Counted from the stretch's first letter, positions 28,028-37,855 are shown. The stretch: 61,782 bases of DNA from Candidatus Saccharimonadota bacterium (GCA_017645955.1 JAGCNM010000037.1:1-61782), one strand, 5' to 3'. Notes: generated by a model from the letters alone, not told the origin. Numbers and translations: made by a program.

Positions 28028-29704
28028 TTAACTATCAGGGATATAAATAAAAATAGTGGTTGCGACTGGGCGAGCTACGCAACGGATAGAGATACCGCTG
28101 CTGCGAAAGTCATAGTCCGACGGATTGGCGTAGCCAGCGACATTGAAGGCCACGCGCCTCGCATCGAACTCACCGCTCACGACTGGCGACCAGAAGTCGC
28201 CGCCGCGCCCGACACTGCCCAGCACGCCATCGAAGATCCCACTAGCGGGGAAGTAGAGCGGTTGAGTCCAAAGCGCCGTTTCGCCGGAATCGTAGGCATC
28301 ATCATTATCTGCATCAATAAAGCTCCCGTTTGTATTATTACCCATGTTGTATGAGTTCCATAAAGCATAGAAGGTATCGTCACCAGTTCCAATTCTAGGT
28401 AAAGTCCAACCGGCCGGGCAAATGGATTGTTCAATGAGTTCGTTTCGTGCAGTGTGGCTACTGCTATCGTTCATAGCCACAGCTGCAGTCCAGTTATAGT
28501 AGTTACCTAAATGAAGTTGAGCAGTACCAGTACTAGAAGTATAGGTAGAGAGTGGGTTGGTACCTGAGCAGCTTGGAGTAGAAGTACTGTAGTCACAAGT
28601 ACCGTAATATGTATCCCAATCATCGTAGTCGCTTAAAGCAGAGTTCCAATATAGGTCGCCTGGGTCGTAAGATTCGGGGGTATTATAGTTACAATAACCA
28701 TTTTCATAGAGCCCGCCTTGGCACCAAGCGTGCGTTTGTGATTGAGTAGTTTCGTAGGTTGAGCGAATTGGGGTCCAAGTGGCAGCCTCATATTGTCCAG
28801 TCGTAGTATTATAACCAATATCTGTGTCTTCGTTCGTATAAGTAGTATTAGAATCTAAATCTAGGTCTAGGTTTTTTGTCATCCAAACATTGTCGTCCGC
28901 TAGCTTCGCGATTGTATAGCTTTTTCCGTCGCGCTTATCTTTTAAGGTATATTGTTGTTCTAAGGTCATAGAAGTAACGATAGCGGAGGCGTCACCGGTT
29001 GCGAAATCTTGCATACATTTCGCGGCGGTAATGGTCGTAGCGTTAGGATTACAATCTATTGGCGTATTGGCGCTAGCTGGATGCACAATAGTATATTTTA
29101 CTTTTCCTGCATAAGTATCAGTCCTTTGAAGCCCAGAAACATAGGCGGCATAAGTAGTCTCTAACTTAGAGCCTAAAGTTAAATCAGTCGTAGAAGAAAA
29201 GGAAGCTACTTTAGTATAGGCATTAGGGACGGCACTATAAGAACCGAATCCATTCTCAATAGTTAAGTTAGCGGGATTATAAGCTTCGGAAGTATCAGTA
29301 ACCTTTGTTAATTTCATAGACCAGACTGAATCGGTAGTAGTGCCTTGTACATAAGTTCCAGTACTAATCTTTAAATCCGAAGCGATACCAATTAATTTTG
29401 TACTATCAGTTCCGCCAACTTCTTCACCAGTATAACCAGCCGCATAAATTGCAAATCCGCTTGCATCATTACAAAAGACAGTAAGTGTAGTTTTTCCAAT
29501 ATCTTCTCTATAAGTACCATTATTTACTACTGCGGAATGAGAGGTATTCCCATTTCCAGTAATAGCGCAAGAGACTGGAACCGAAACATTAACGTTAGAA
29601 ATTACCACATCTTCAGCAAAAACACCAACGCTAGAAAGTATAACACCAAGGACAAAAGTTAAGCCAACTAAGCCACTAGACACAAAGCATAAAGCCCTAT
29701 TCAT
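28028..29704 (-). CDS. secreted FISUMP (Fibrobacter major paralogous, CLec-like) protein; putative DGR target 1
   Basis: Signal peptide; D.RDGK.Y...KLAD..WM..NL, GNYYNW.AA, SICPAGWTLP, C-terminal SIRCVA. Confidence 0.85.
   Translation of the reverse strand: MNRALCFVSSGLVGLTFVLGVILSSVGVFAEDVVISNVNVSVPVSCAITGNGNTSHSAVVNNGTYREDIGKTTLTVFCNDASGFAIYAAGYTGEEVGGTDSTKLIGIASDLKISTGTYVQGTTTDSVWSMKLTKVTDTSEAYNPANLTIENGFGSYSAVPNAYTKVASFSSTTDLTLGSKLETTYAAYVSGLQRTDTYAGKVKYTIVHPASANTPIDCNPNATTITAAKCMQDFATGDASAIVTSMTLEQQYTLKDKRDGKSYTIAKLADDNVWMTKNLDLDLDSNTTYTNEDTDIGYNTTTGQYEAATWTPIRSTYETTQSQTHAWCQGGLYENGYCNYNTPESYDPGDLYWNSALSDYDDWDTYYGTCDYSTSTPSCSGTNPLSTYTSSTGTAQLHLGNYYNWTAAVAMNDSSSHTARNELIEQSICPAGWTLPRIGTGDDTFYALWNSYNMGNNTNGSFIDADNDDAYDSGETALWTQPLYFPASGIFDGVLGSVGRGGDFWSPVVSGEFDARRVAFNVAGYANPSDYDFRSSGISIRCVARPVATTIFIYIPDS
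28063..28255 (-). repeat. putative DGR variable region VR1
   Basis: 193-bp gap-free match to 41990-42182 with mismatches concentrated at codon positions 1 and 2. Confidence 0.85.
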
Positions 29705-29749
29705 ACCACCATATTACCATAAGGACAATTAATATTCAAACAATTTTAA

Positions 29750-30451
29750 CTATTCCGCATTTGTATAAACGTTCGTCACGTCGTCCAAATCATCAATCGC
29801 CGAAAGCAAACCTTCTAGTTTCTCCGCATTCTCGCCCTCAACTGGCACATAACTCGTCGGAACGTATTGTAGCTCCGCACTCGTTACCATCATCCCCGCT
29901 TCATCTAGCGCTTTTTTAACCTTCATCAAATCCGACGACTCCGTATAAATTACAATTCCCTCATCTTCTTCATTCGCATCCTCCGCGCCCGCCTCTAATG
30001 CCACCATTAACGCGTCTTCGCCTTTATCCGAAATCTCAATCACCCCTTTTCGCTTAAACTGGAACATCACTGAGCCCGAATCCGCCATTCGCCCACCATT
30101 CTTATCTAAAGTATGGCGAACTTCCGGCAAAGTACGATTCTTATTATCCGTCGCCACTTCAATCACAATCCCAACTCCGCCTGGTCCGTAAGCCTCATAA
30201 ACTTCTTCGATTAATGCCGCCGCCGACTTATCCGCTACCCGCGCAATCGCCCGTTCAATATTCGCCTTAGGCATATTCGCTAGTCGCGCCTTTTCTAGAA
30301 CCATAGCAAGGCTCGGATTCATATTCGGATCCGTTCCGCCTCTAGCTGCAATCGCAATCTGATTTCCGATTTTTGTAAAAAGCGCCCCTCTTTTCGCATC
30401 GACTACCGCTTTTTGTCTTTTCGTTGTCGCCCATTTGCTATGTCCAGACAT
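29750..30451 (-). CDS. yebC: YebC/PmpR family protein
   Basis: MSGHSKWA, YEAYGPGG, TDNKNRT, DDVTNVYTN. Confidence 0.95.
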   Translation of the reverse strand: MSGHSKWATTKRQKAVVDAKRGALFTKIGNQIAIAARGGTDPNMNPSLAMVLEKARLANMPKANIERAIARVADKSAAALIEEVYEAYGPGGVGIVIEVATDNKNRTLPEVRHTLDKNGGRMADSGSVMFQFKRKGVIEISDKGEDALMVALEAGAEDANEEDEGIVIYTESSDLMKVKKALDEAGMMVTSAELQYVPTSYVPVEGENAEKLEGLLSAIDDLDDVTNVYTNAE

Positions 30452-30503
30452 ATTGACTCCAAAATAAAATTAATAGTATTCTTCCCTATATTTTATCATA
30501 TTC

Positions 30504-31277
30504 TTATCCATTATTCAAATCGCTTGGCGCATCAACTTTTAGCTCATTGTCACGATTAACCGTTGGAGCCATACTCTCATCTTGTAGTGGCGGCATTGCA
30601 TCACGCTCAGCTTTCGCTTTCTCAGCTTCTAACCTTATCTGAACTTCCTTCTCGACCGCCGCCTTCGTATCGGCTTCCTTCTTTATCTCTTCTAGAGACG
30701 CTTTTTTGACAGCCTGATCATTTCGACTAATTTTTGACATCACTAGCGCCGTAATCCAACCAGTCATAAAGCAAGCCGAAAACACTCCTTCAAGATTCAA
30801 AATCTTAGACAATTCTCCTAAATCCTCCGAGAAAATCATTATCGTAGTAATCAGCCAAATACCAATTCCAGAAAACACTGCCACATTTCTTAGTAGACTA
30901 ACTACTTTTTCATTAACCTTAATACGTAGCACTAAAGCACCTGCAATCGCTGCAATCATTGTGACCGTCGTGAATGAAGTAAACTTTCCTATCGCCGTTA
31001 AACTATACGAAAAGAATCCAGTCGTTTCCATGTAAGAAAACGCTCCCCAAACCAACAAAAGCTGTAGTAAAACGCTCACGGCCCCAAACCCTAGCCCAAT
31101 CATTGCTAAAATTCTAGAAGCCTTTCCTCCCTTTTCAATACACCTCAAGGCTAAAACCGCCACCAGTAAAGCCTCGGCAAATATCCAAAACATTCCTTGG
31201 AATTTCGGATAAAATGGCTCCTTTACTACCTTGGCTGTCTCAGAGTTTATCATCTTATAAGTATCATAATAGTCCAT
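30504..31277 (-). CDS. multi-pass membrane protein; may be the 3' part of a gene starting at 31397 and broken by a TAA
   Basis: About 5 TM helices and a charged tail; in-frame upstream ORF at 31281-31397. Confidence 0.65.
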   Translation of the reverse strand: MDYYDTYKMINSETAKVVKEPFYPKFQGMFWIFAEALLVAVLALRCIEKGGKASRILAMIGLGFGAVSVLLQLLLVWGAFSYMETTGFFSYSLTAIGKFTSFTTVTMIAAIAGALVLRIKVNEKVVSLLRNVAVFSGIGIWLITTIMIFSEDLGELSKILNLEGVFSACFMTGWITALVMSKISRNDQAVKKASLEEIKKEADTKAAVEKEVQIRLEAEKAKAERDAMPPLQDESMAPTVNRDNELKVDAPSDLNNG

Positions 31278-31377
31278 TCTTTAACCCTCCACTAGTACTA
31301 GTATTGCCCAAATAAGCGCATCGACCAACAAAGCAATAATTAAAACCTTAACTACTGTTACCCTTATTTTACTTATA

Positions 31378-32835
31378 TTATTTATAAAACTTTCCATGTC
31401 TCTTATTATACCATAAGCGTTTAAAGCACCTTATTACAAATGGTAAAACAATTAACCCGTACAAAATAAATACCCAACTATTATTAGCGGGTATTTCAAT
31501 TAAAAACATTCTCATCTCACCAAAAAAATTCACCACTAAAATATGGAAATCCAGTAGCTTCGTTGCTAAAAACCCTATCATTGTTTCAACTCCCGGAACT
31601 CCCATAAAAACTCCGGCTAGAAATACTAGCCCCATCGCATAAGAAAGCGTCGGTAGAATTAACAAGTTGGCAATCACCGAAACGAGCGAAACCGTCCCAT
31701 AATAATATAAAGTAATCGGCAGCGTCATCAACGTCGCCGCGATTGTCGTTAAAATAACCGAACCAAAAAATCCCGGTTTCTTTTCGCCATAAAAAAACTG
31801 ATTGAGTCTCGGGCCTAAAATCATAATTCCGCCATAACTCGCAAACGACAAAAGCCAACCTAAATTAAAAAGAAAATTCGGATTCAGCATCAATGTAAAC
31901 GCTGCAACAATCAAAATAATCCGCCACGGCATAATTTTCCGCCCCACATACCATACCAACAAATTTAAAATAGCCATAATACCCGCTCTTAAAATTGACG
32001 GCGTCCACCCAACCATCGCCATAAAAAACACGATAAATAAAATTGAAAACAACAGCCCCGAAAACCGCGACAATTTCCCGAAAACTTTTCTCGCAATCTC
32101 TACTAAAATCGATAAATGTGCTCCACTCGCCACTACAATATGTACTAGTCCTACTATTCTTAACTTTTCACTCAACTCATCTGGAAGCCCCGTTTTCATA
32201 CCGAGAAGATACGAAAGCCCTAACGACACTTCGGGTTCCGATATTAGACTCCGAATTCGTTCCGAAAACCAATTTCGAACTTTTAACACTAAATCTCCTG
32301 GCTCCGGCCGATTCCAAGAAACGATTTTTGGCCGATACATATAACCCGCATACGTCCCGAATCCCTCGCTCATTTTTCCTGAAATCGTAACCTTATCACC
32401 CCGCGCTAGCTTTTCGTTTTTGTAACTTGAAATAAAAACACTCCCACTTACTTTATATTCCCCATTTTCACCAAACCTCAAATCCTGAAGCTTTAGTTTA
32501 GTTCCACTCTCATCCGTTTCCGGATCCCCAACAATCGTCCCACTAACCGAAACCATCTGACCAAAAAATTGCCGAATATATTCTTCCCCATAAAGCTCCG
32601 ACGAAACCCGAAAAAAAGCCAATAAAATCCCCGCAACTAACGCAAAAATCATCATCCATCTTCTCGGATTAAATAGTGTAAAAACACATAAAGCTACCGC
32701 AACAACAACCCAACCTATTACGCTAAAAAACTGTACTCTAAAAACTAACCCCAAAATAGCGCCTAGTACTATTCCGACACAAACAAGCACCACCACCCAT
32801 GACTGATGTACTTTTTCTCCCAAAAACCTCAGCAT
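31378..32835 (-). CDS. comEC: ComEC/Rec2 DNA uptake channel without the beta-lactamase-like domain
   Basis: GLVHIVVASGAHL, PSILRAGIM, GWLLSF. Confidence 0.92.
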   Translation of the reverse strand: MLRFLGEKVHQSWVVVLVCVGIVLGAILGLVFRVQFFSVIGWVVVAVALCVFTLFNPRRWMMIFALVAGILLAFFRVSSELYGEEYIRQFFGQMVSVSGTIVGDPETDESGTKLKLQDLRFGENGEYKVSGSVFISSYKNEKLARGDKVTISGKMSEGFGTYAGYMYRPKIVSWNRPEPGDLVLKVRNWFSERIRSLISEPEVSLGLSYLLGMKTGLPDELSEKLRIVGLVHIVVASGAHLSILVEIARKVFGKLSRFSGLLFSILFIVFFMAMVGWTPSILRAGIMAILNLLVWYVGRKIMPWRIILIVAAFTLMLNPNFLFNLGWLLSFASYGGIMILGPRLNQFFYGEKKPGFFGSVILTTIAATLMTLPITLYYYGTVSLVSVIANLLILPTLSYAMGLVFLAGVFMGVPGVETMIGFLATKLLDFHILVVNFFGEMRMFLIEIPANNSWVFILYGLIVLPFVIRCFKRLWYNKRHGKFYK

Positions 32836-32927
32836 ATCATTCCCCTATCATGCCATAGAAAAAACTTCAACCCCCTCATTCCGCCTAGGCTTTAAAAGAG
32901 AAGCAAAAAGTGATATAATTACAACAC

Positions 32928-33004
32928 GCACCCGTAGCTCAGTGGATTAGAGCATCTGTCTTCGGAACAGAGGGTCGTGGGTTCGAGTCCCTCCGGGTGT
33001 ACCA
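32928..33004 (+). tRNA. tRNA-Arg(UCG)
   Basis: Acceptor GCACCCG/CGGGTGT, arm TCTGT-CTTCGGA-ACAGA, encoded CCA. Confidence 0.92.
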
Positions 33005-33044
33005 TAAAAAATAAGGCCGAGGGCCATATTTTTATTTCATATTT

Positions 33045-35729
33045 TTACCAATTTATCTCCGTCTCGTTTACGATGTTATTTACTATCTTTCTGGCATCCC
33101 GAATATCCACATTATCATTATCATCTACATCTGCAAGTTTCCATGCCATATTGGAAAGAGAGTCTTTCCCTATAATTGAATTTATGATTTTCCTAACATC
33201 CCGAATATTTACAGCTTTATCAACATTCGCATCACCTACATAAAACACCCTTACTTCTGTCACGCTGGCATCGGTGATGCTGAATGAGCGCATATTGTTA
33301 CTCCCGTCAATCATATTAGATGCTAGACGATTCCATGTTATCCCATTATCGCGTGTCCAAAGCGCCATGCAGGCCTTATCACTTGTTACTGTGAATCTAT
33401 TCGCAGCAATCATATCAATAGTTGCCCCGTTATTCGTATTATTTATTACATTGCAAGTAGCCGCTACAATGTTTACTTTAAAACTTGTACTCATATTTTC
33501 AAATTTAACAGTAATCGTTTTTTCGCCTACTGTTGTATTATCAAATCCACTTACATTCACACTGTCATTTGGCAAGTAAATAGTTTCTTTAGAGCCATCA
33601 TTGTATGTTACTTCTATAGAGCATCCAGCTAAATCTAATTCTCCATTATTTACTACATAATCTAATTTTGTTGGTTCGTTAATTATGCTTATATCATGCA
33701 CCTCTTTTATAACTAATTCAGGTCGCAGTATCACATAGTAATCTTTGTCATATAGGGTTTGATAGTTTATATAAGACAATTCGTTATCCTTCTCTTCTTC
33801 TGTTAGCTTTGCATATCCAGCATACAAATGATTAGTAAGATTAATCCCTTTATCATTATAGTAATTCCATGTAAAACTATTCCTTTCATTTTCTTCTCCA
33901 GTATAATTATTACCCACAAATCTATCATTTATATACACATAAGCATACAAACCAGATTCTTTTGTATGAATAAGACCTGAATCTGTTTCGCTATAATCTA
34001 CCGTATAGATAAGCACATCACCATCTTTAAAATCTATAGAGTTAATCATTTTCTTTCTTTTATCGCTAGATGACCATCTTGGTAATGTATAAACGGATGT
34101 TTCATTGTCATCTTCCATTCCTGTCGAATTATCATCATCGTTATTAGATGAAGTACTGGATACTAATTTTACTAAGCCACTATAGTAGTTATTTAAAATC
34201 ATTTGTTGAAAAGCTTTTGACTCAGCATCGACATTATCTTTTAATACTACGGCGTTGGTCGCTCCTTTAGCTGTTACATTTTTTTTGTTTATAATGTTTG
34301 TAAAATTAAATTCTTCTAAATTAAAACTGTTTCCTCTTGCACATTCATACACTTTACTAATCAATTCCAGACCAGTATATGAATCCTTATAACTACTAAA
34401 GCAATTCCCATAACTTATTGAAGGCACAGACACTCTAGGAATAATTTTATTCTTTACTAGACCAGTAGGTATTCTTACGCCATTATCTATTCCGTCATAA
34501 AAATATCCATTAGCTTCTATATCATTATTTATAATATCAAGGTCATCCTTCACTTTAACCGTATATGTTAATTCTATACTATCATCCACACCTAAACTTG
34601 AAATATTCCAACTAATCGTATTATTAGAAAAATTGCTATTATTGTTAGATGATAAATATGTAACTTCATCTCCAATTATTTCATTTATCTTAAAACCTGA
34701 ATAATCTTCACCGTTATAAGTTGTATTACTCATATTTTTTACTCTGATTGTATATGTAAGTTCATCATCTGGATAAACACTATTATTATCGCCTTTATCA
34801 ACCGTCTTCTCAATAAACAATCCTGGATACTTTAGTCTGAGCATACTTTTTCTATAGTTATCAGGATTTATTTTGTAATTAAATATAGCTTTGCCATTAT
34901 CATTATAGTATGCTCTTATTACAACACATTCTTCATTAGCACATTTTATTCTGCCATTTTTAACAAGTTTAGTATTCTGACTAAGCCAAAAATAATTTAT
35001 GTTTCCCTCTTTTTCAACGTCTACAATATTGTTATTTCCGTGACTACTAGCAAATATCTTATAGTAAAGATTACTCGTCCCATTTATACGAGTCCTTATA
35101 TTGCTACCACCAGAAGATTGCAGCATTAGAACATCCCATGTTCCATCTTGTTTCTGAACCTTATCATAAGCTACCATGACATGACCCGTATAAGTAAACA
35201 TATCTCCTGGCTGTATCAATTGTGCAAAGTCCGATATATCATCCGAATCATTGTATATGTACTTTATGCCATCAGATTTCTTTTCCAAATATAGCAAATA
35301 TGTACCATCACGAGGATTATCTTGGTTTGAATAATATCTTATGGCGGCATTAGTTACTTCTGTATTATATCTGGGAAAACCATCATAATCATATTTGACG
35401 CCAAAAGCTTCTGAATAAACATCGTAATTATATGCCGCGCATACAGAATGTAATATGTCCTGACTAGTTCCCTCCTCGGGAGCTTCTATCCCATACTTCG
35501 TTTTGGCATAATTGTATTGCATACGCGGCCCCCTGATATAGTAAGATCGCATGACCTCTTTTACAATTTTCTGCGCATCTTCATATGCCCCATATTCACC
35601 CTCTACAAGATTAACACTATAAGCCTTATTGAAACTAACACTTATAACACTACACATCAGCAATATCATAATAATCATTGTCATTATTATTTGTGACCTT
35701 TTCTTCGTATTGCTGATACTCATTACCAT
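33045..35729 (-). CDS. secreted protein: NlpC/P60-like domain, DUF11-like domain, Ig-like domain and C-terminal dockerin
   Basis: Signal peptide; SVCAAY...IQPGDMFTYTGHVMV; IEKTVD...LTYTIRVKN; PTKLDY...LDL.G.....Y.DG...GFD....G.KTITV; two dockerin repeats GDANVDKAVNIRD and ADVDDNDNVDIRD. Confidence 0.8.
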   Translation of the reverse strand: MVMSISNTKKRSQIIMTMIIMILLMCSVISVSFNKAYSVNLVEGEYGAYEDAQKIVKEVMRSYYIRGPRMQYNYAKTKYGIEAPEEGTSQDILHSVCAAYNYDVYSEAFGVKYDYDGFPRYNTEVTNAAIRYYSNQDNPRDGTYLLYLEKKSDGIKYIYNDSDDISDFAQLIQPGDMFTYTGHVMVAYDKVQKQDGTWDVLMLQSSGGSNIRTRINGTSNLYYKIFASSHGNNNIVDVEKEGNINYFWLSQNTKLVKNGRIKCANEECVVIRAYYNDNGKAIFNYKINPDNYRKSMLRLKYPGLFIEKTVDKGDNNSVYPDDELTYTIRVKNMSNTTYNGEDYSGFKINEIIGDEVTYLSSNNNSNFSNNTISWNISSLGVDDSIELTYTVKVKDDLDIINNDIEANGYFYDGIDNGVRIPTGLVKNKIIPRVSVPSISYGNCFSSYKDSYTGLELISKVYECARGNSFNLEEFNFTNIINKKNVTAKGATNAVVLKDNVDAESKAFQQMILNNYYSGLVKLVSSTSSNNDDDNSTGMEDDNETSVYTLPRWSSSDKRKKMINSIDFKDGDVLIYTVDYSETDSGLIHTKESGLYAYVYINDRFVGNNYTGEENERNSFTWNYYNDKGINLTNHLYAGYAKLTEEEKDNELSYINYQTLYDKDYYVILRPELVIKEVHDISIINEPTKLDYVVNNGELDLAGCSIEVTYNDGSKETIYLPNDSVNVSGFDNTTVGEKTITVKFENMSTSFKVNIVAATCNVINNTNNGATIDMIAANRFTVTSDKACMALWTRDNGITWNRLASNMIDGSNNMRSFSITDASVTEVRVFYVGDANVDKAVNIRDVRKIINSIIGKDSLSNMAWKLADVDDNDNVDIRDARKIVNNIVNETEINW

Positions 35730-36056
35730 AAGCTAATTATATAGTACCTACTATACTTATTCAATATATCCGTATAAATAAGCTCAGATACGGCGTAATA
35801 CAAATTAGGTACCCTTAATGAGAGAATAATAGGCACGATGGGCAATTTCCGCTTATCAAATCTTCCCTTAGCATAGTTGCAACTTCTTTCACTAGGGTGT
35901 ACCAAGATATTAAAAAGAGCCTTTAGGCTCTATTTTAATATCTTAAAACCATAAAAACTATTGACTTTTTTAACAAAGTGTGCTATAATATATAAATATA
36001 CTCGCACATTAAAAGAGAATGGCGAAATCTCACAATAAATAGAGGGGGAGACAGTA

Positions 36057-36353
36057 ATGAACGTCAAAATCGAAGGCCTCGAAGAACTCTGCGAGAAGCT
36101 CGGAAAGAGCGACCTCTCCGAGAAGGAAATGGTGGCCATCATCATCGAACGGGCCAGAGGAAACAAGCTCATCGAGCTCGATGCCTGGTTGAACGAAGGC
36201 TCCGAGACAAATCCGTCTCCCGCTTTTGAATGGAGCGAGGACGAATGGAAAAGATGGCTCCTCTCCTGCATCGAAGAAGATGACAAAAAATCCCGTGGGA
36301 GATTCGACGGAATATCCGTTTACACAATCACAGACGTAATCGTCTGTGATTAA
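36057..36353 (+). CDS. hypothetical acidic protein, 98 aa
   Basis: TTGACT/TGCTATAAT promoter upstream, G-rich Shine-Dalgarno, C-ending codon bias. Confidence 0.6.
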   Translation: MNVKIEGLEELCEKLGKSDLSEKEMVAIIIERARGNKLIELDAWLNEGSETNPSPAFEWSEDEWKRWLLSCIEEDDKKSRGRFDGISVYTITDVIVCD

Positions 36354-36382
36354 GAGCCGTAAAAGTAAAAGGAGGGCAAAGC

Positions 36383-36694
36383 ATGTATATCTACGGCAAA
36401 ACACATATCGACAAAAACGACCGCATCCTTCTCTCAGGCTTCTTCGCACCCGAAGAACTGCCTGGGAAAATCGTACTGGTCGTCGATGCCGGAATGGAAA
36501 TGATCACTGTCATCAAAGCGGAAGAAAAACCGGAGCTCGGGACAGCCATCCCGGTCGACGAAAAGGGTCGCGTGACCCTACCGAAATGGCTGAGAGAAGA
36601 GCTGAAGCCCAGTCTTAACGACGAGAACGAATTGTTCTTCGTCTACGACGGAGGCAAACGCTACATCTCTCCGAAAACCGGGGACATTCTCTAA
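36383..36694 (+). CDS. MraZ/AbrB-like DNA-binding protein
   Basis: Two swapped-hairpin motifs, IDKNDRILL and VDEKGRVTLPKWLRE; AAGGAGG Shine-Dalgarno; hairpin after the stop. Confidence 0.7.
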   Translation: MYIYGKTHIDKNDRILLSGFFAPEELPGKIVLVVDAGMEMITVIKAEEKPELGTAIPVDEKGRVTLPKWLREELKPSLNDENELFFVYDGGKRYISPKTGDIL

Positions 36695-36744
36695 CGCCAA
36701 AAGGCGCCGAGTCTATCTCGACGCCTTTTTCCTTGCAAAAAAAA

Positions 36745-36821
36745 TGGTAGTACCGACTGGGATCGAACCAGTGACCTTGGGCTTATGAGTCCCACGCTCT
36801 AACCATCTGAGCTACGGTACC
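36745..36821 (-). tRNA. tRNA with CAU anticodon, most likely elongator Met (Ile2 not excluded)
   Basis: Acceptor GGTACCG/CGGTACT, loop CTCATAA, encoded CCA. Confidence 0.9.
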
Positions 36822-36862
36822 AACTTCGTTCATTGTACCATAAAATATGTTATAATTAAAGC

Positions 36863-37252
36863 ATGAACTATAAGAAAGGCTTTACAATATTAGAGATAAT
36901 CATCGTCGGCATCTTCGCTGGCCTACTTTTAATCTTTTTCTTTATCCAAAAGTCCAATATCGACGCCATGGAACGCGATGAAGACCGTAAAACTGCTATT
37001 AACGCAATGTACTATGCTCTCGAAGAAAGCTTTTATCCTGAAAACGGCTACTACCCTGAATTTATCTCCGAAGAAAACATTAAAGTCATTGACCCTGCGC
37101 TCTGGACCGACCCGCTTGGGTTTAACCTTGGTAGCTCTCTAAGCTCCTACTCTTACGAACCAGCCAACTGCAACAACGGCAAATGTAAAGAATACGTCTT
37201 AAAAGCCGAACTTGAAAAAGAAGACGCCTATACGAAATACAATCGTAATTAA
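36863..37252 (+). CDS. type IV pilin / pseudopilin G-like protein
   Basis: KKGFTILEI, RDEDRK...ALE....NGYYP, DP.G. Confidence 0.85.
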   Translation: MNYKKGFTILEIIIVGIFAGLLLIFFFIQKSNIDAMERDEDRKTAINAMYYALEESFYPENGYYPEFISEENIKVIDPALWTDPLGFNLGSSLSSYSYEPANCNNGKCKEYVLKAELEKEDAYTKYNRN

Positions 37253-37830
37253 TCCTCTTTCTTCTTCTTACTAATCTTTTTAGCTTCTGTAATTAGTTTT
37301 GTTACAGCTTTAAGCTCTGAAGGTTCTATATCGGAATACTTAAATGTATATGTCGTTTCGTCGCCAACCGTCGAAAGTCTAAACGTTCCGTAATGGAACA
37401 TCTTTTCAAGCAAGCTATTTTGTCTAAAACTCGCATCTTCAACCGAAGCTAGGTCAATAATATTAATCGAATCCGACACTAGCGTATCCATCACCATTTG
37501 AATCACATGCTTATTCGTAATAAAAAGCTTATTCCCGCGATAAATCCTAAGAGCAATCACGCCAATAATAATCGCCGCCGCTAGTAACGCAAACAAAATG
37601 ATAAACAGAAAATGTCTCCCCATCTCATCTATCATAGATTGAGCCAGCAAAGTCAACAAAAACGCCAGTAAAATCAAAATCAATCCCCCCGCCGTTCCCC
37701 CAAGAATCAAGAATAGACAAACCTTCGCCCGCGAAAACGCAAATTCAACATATTCATCATCCTCAAGCTTCAAGCCAGGAAAGTCCTTTACGCTTCGTTC
37801 ATGCCTTATTTTAGCTAAGTTGCTGTCCAT
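37249..37830 (-). CDS. membrane protein with a bacterial PH domain
   Basis: Two TM helices, then ITNKHVI and MFHYGTFRLSTVG. Confidence 0.75.
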   Translation of the reverse strand: MDSNLAKIRHERSVKDFPGLKLEDDEYVEFAFSRAKVCLFLILGGTAGGLILILLAFLLTLLAQSMIDEMGRHFLFIILFALLAAAIIIGVIALRIYRGNKLFITNKHVIQMVMDTLVSDSINIIDLASVEDASFRQNSLLEKMFHYGTFRLSTVGDETTYTFKYSDIEPSELKAVTKLITEAKKISKKKKED

Positions 37831-37855
37831 TTATATCTTTTTCCTTTCATTTTCA

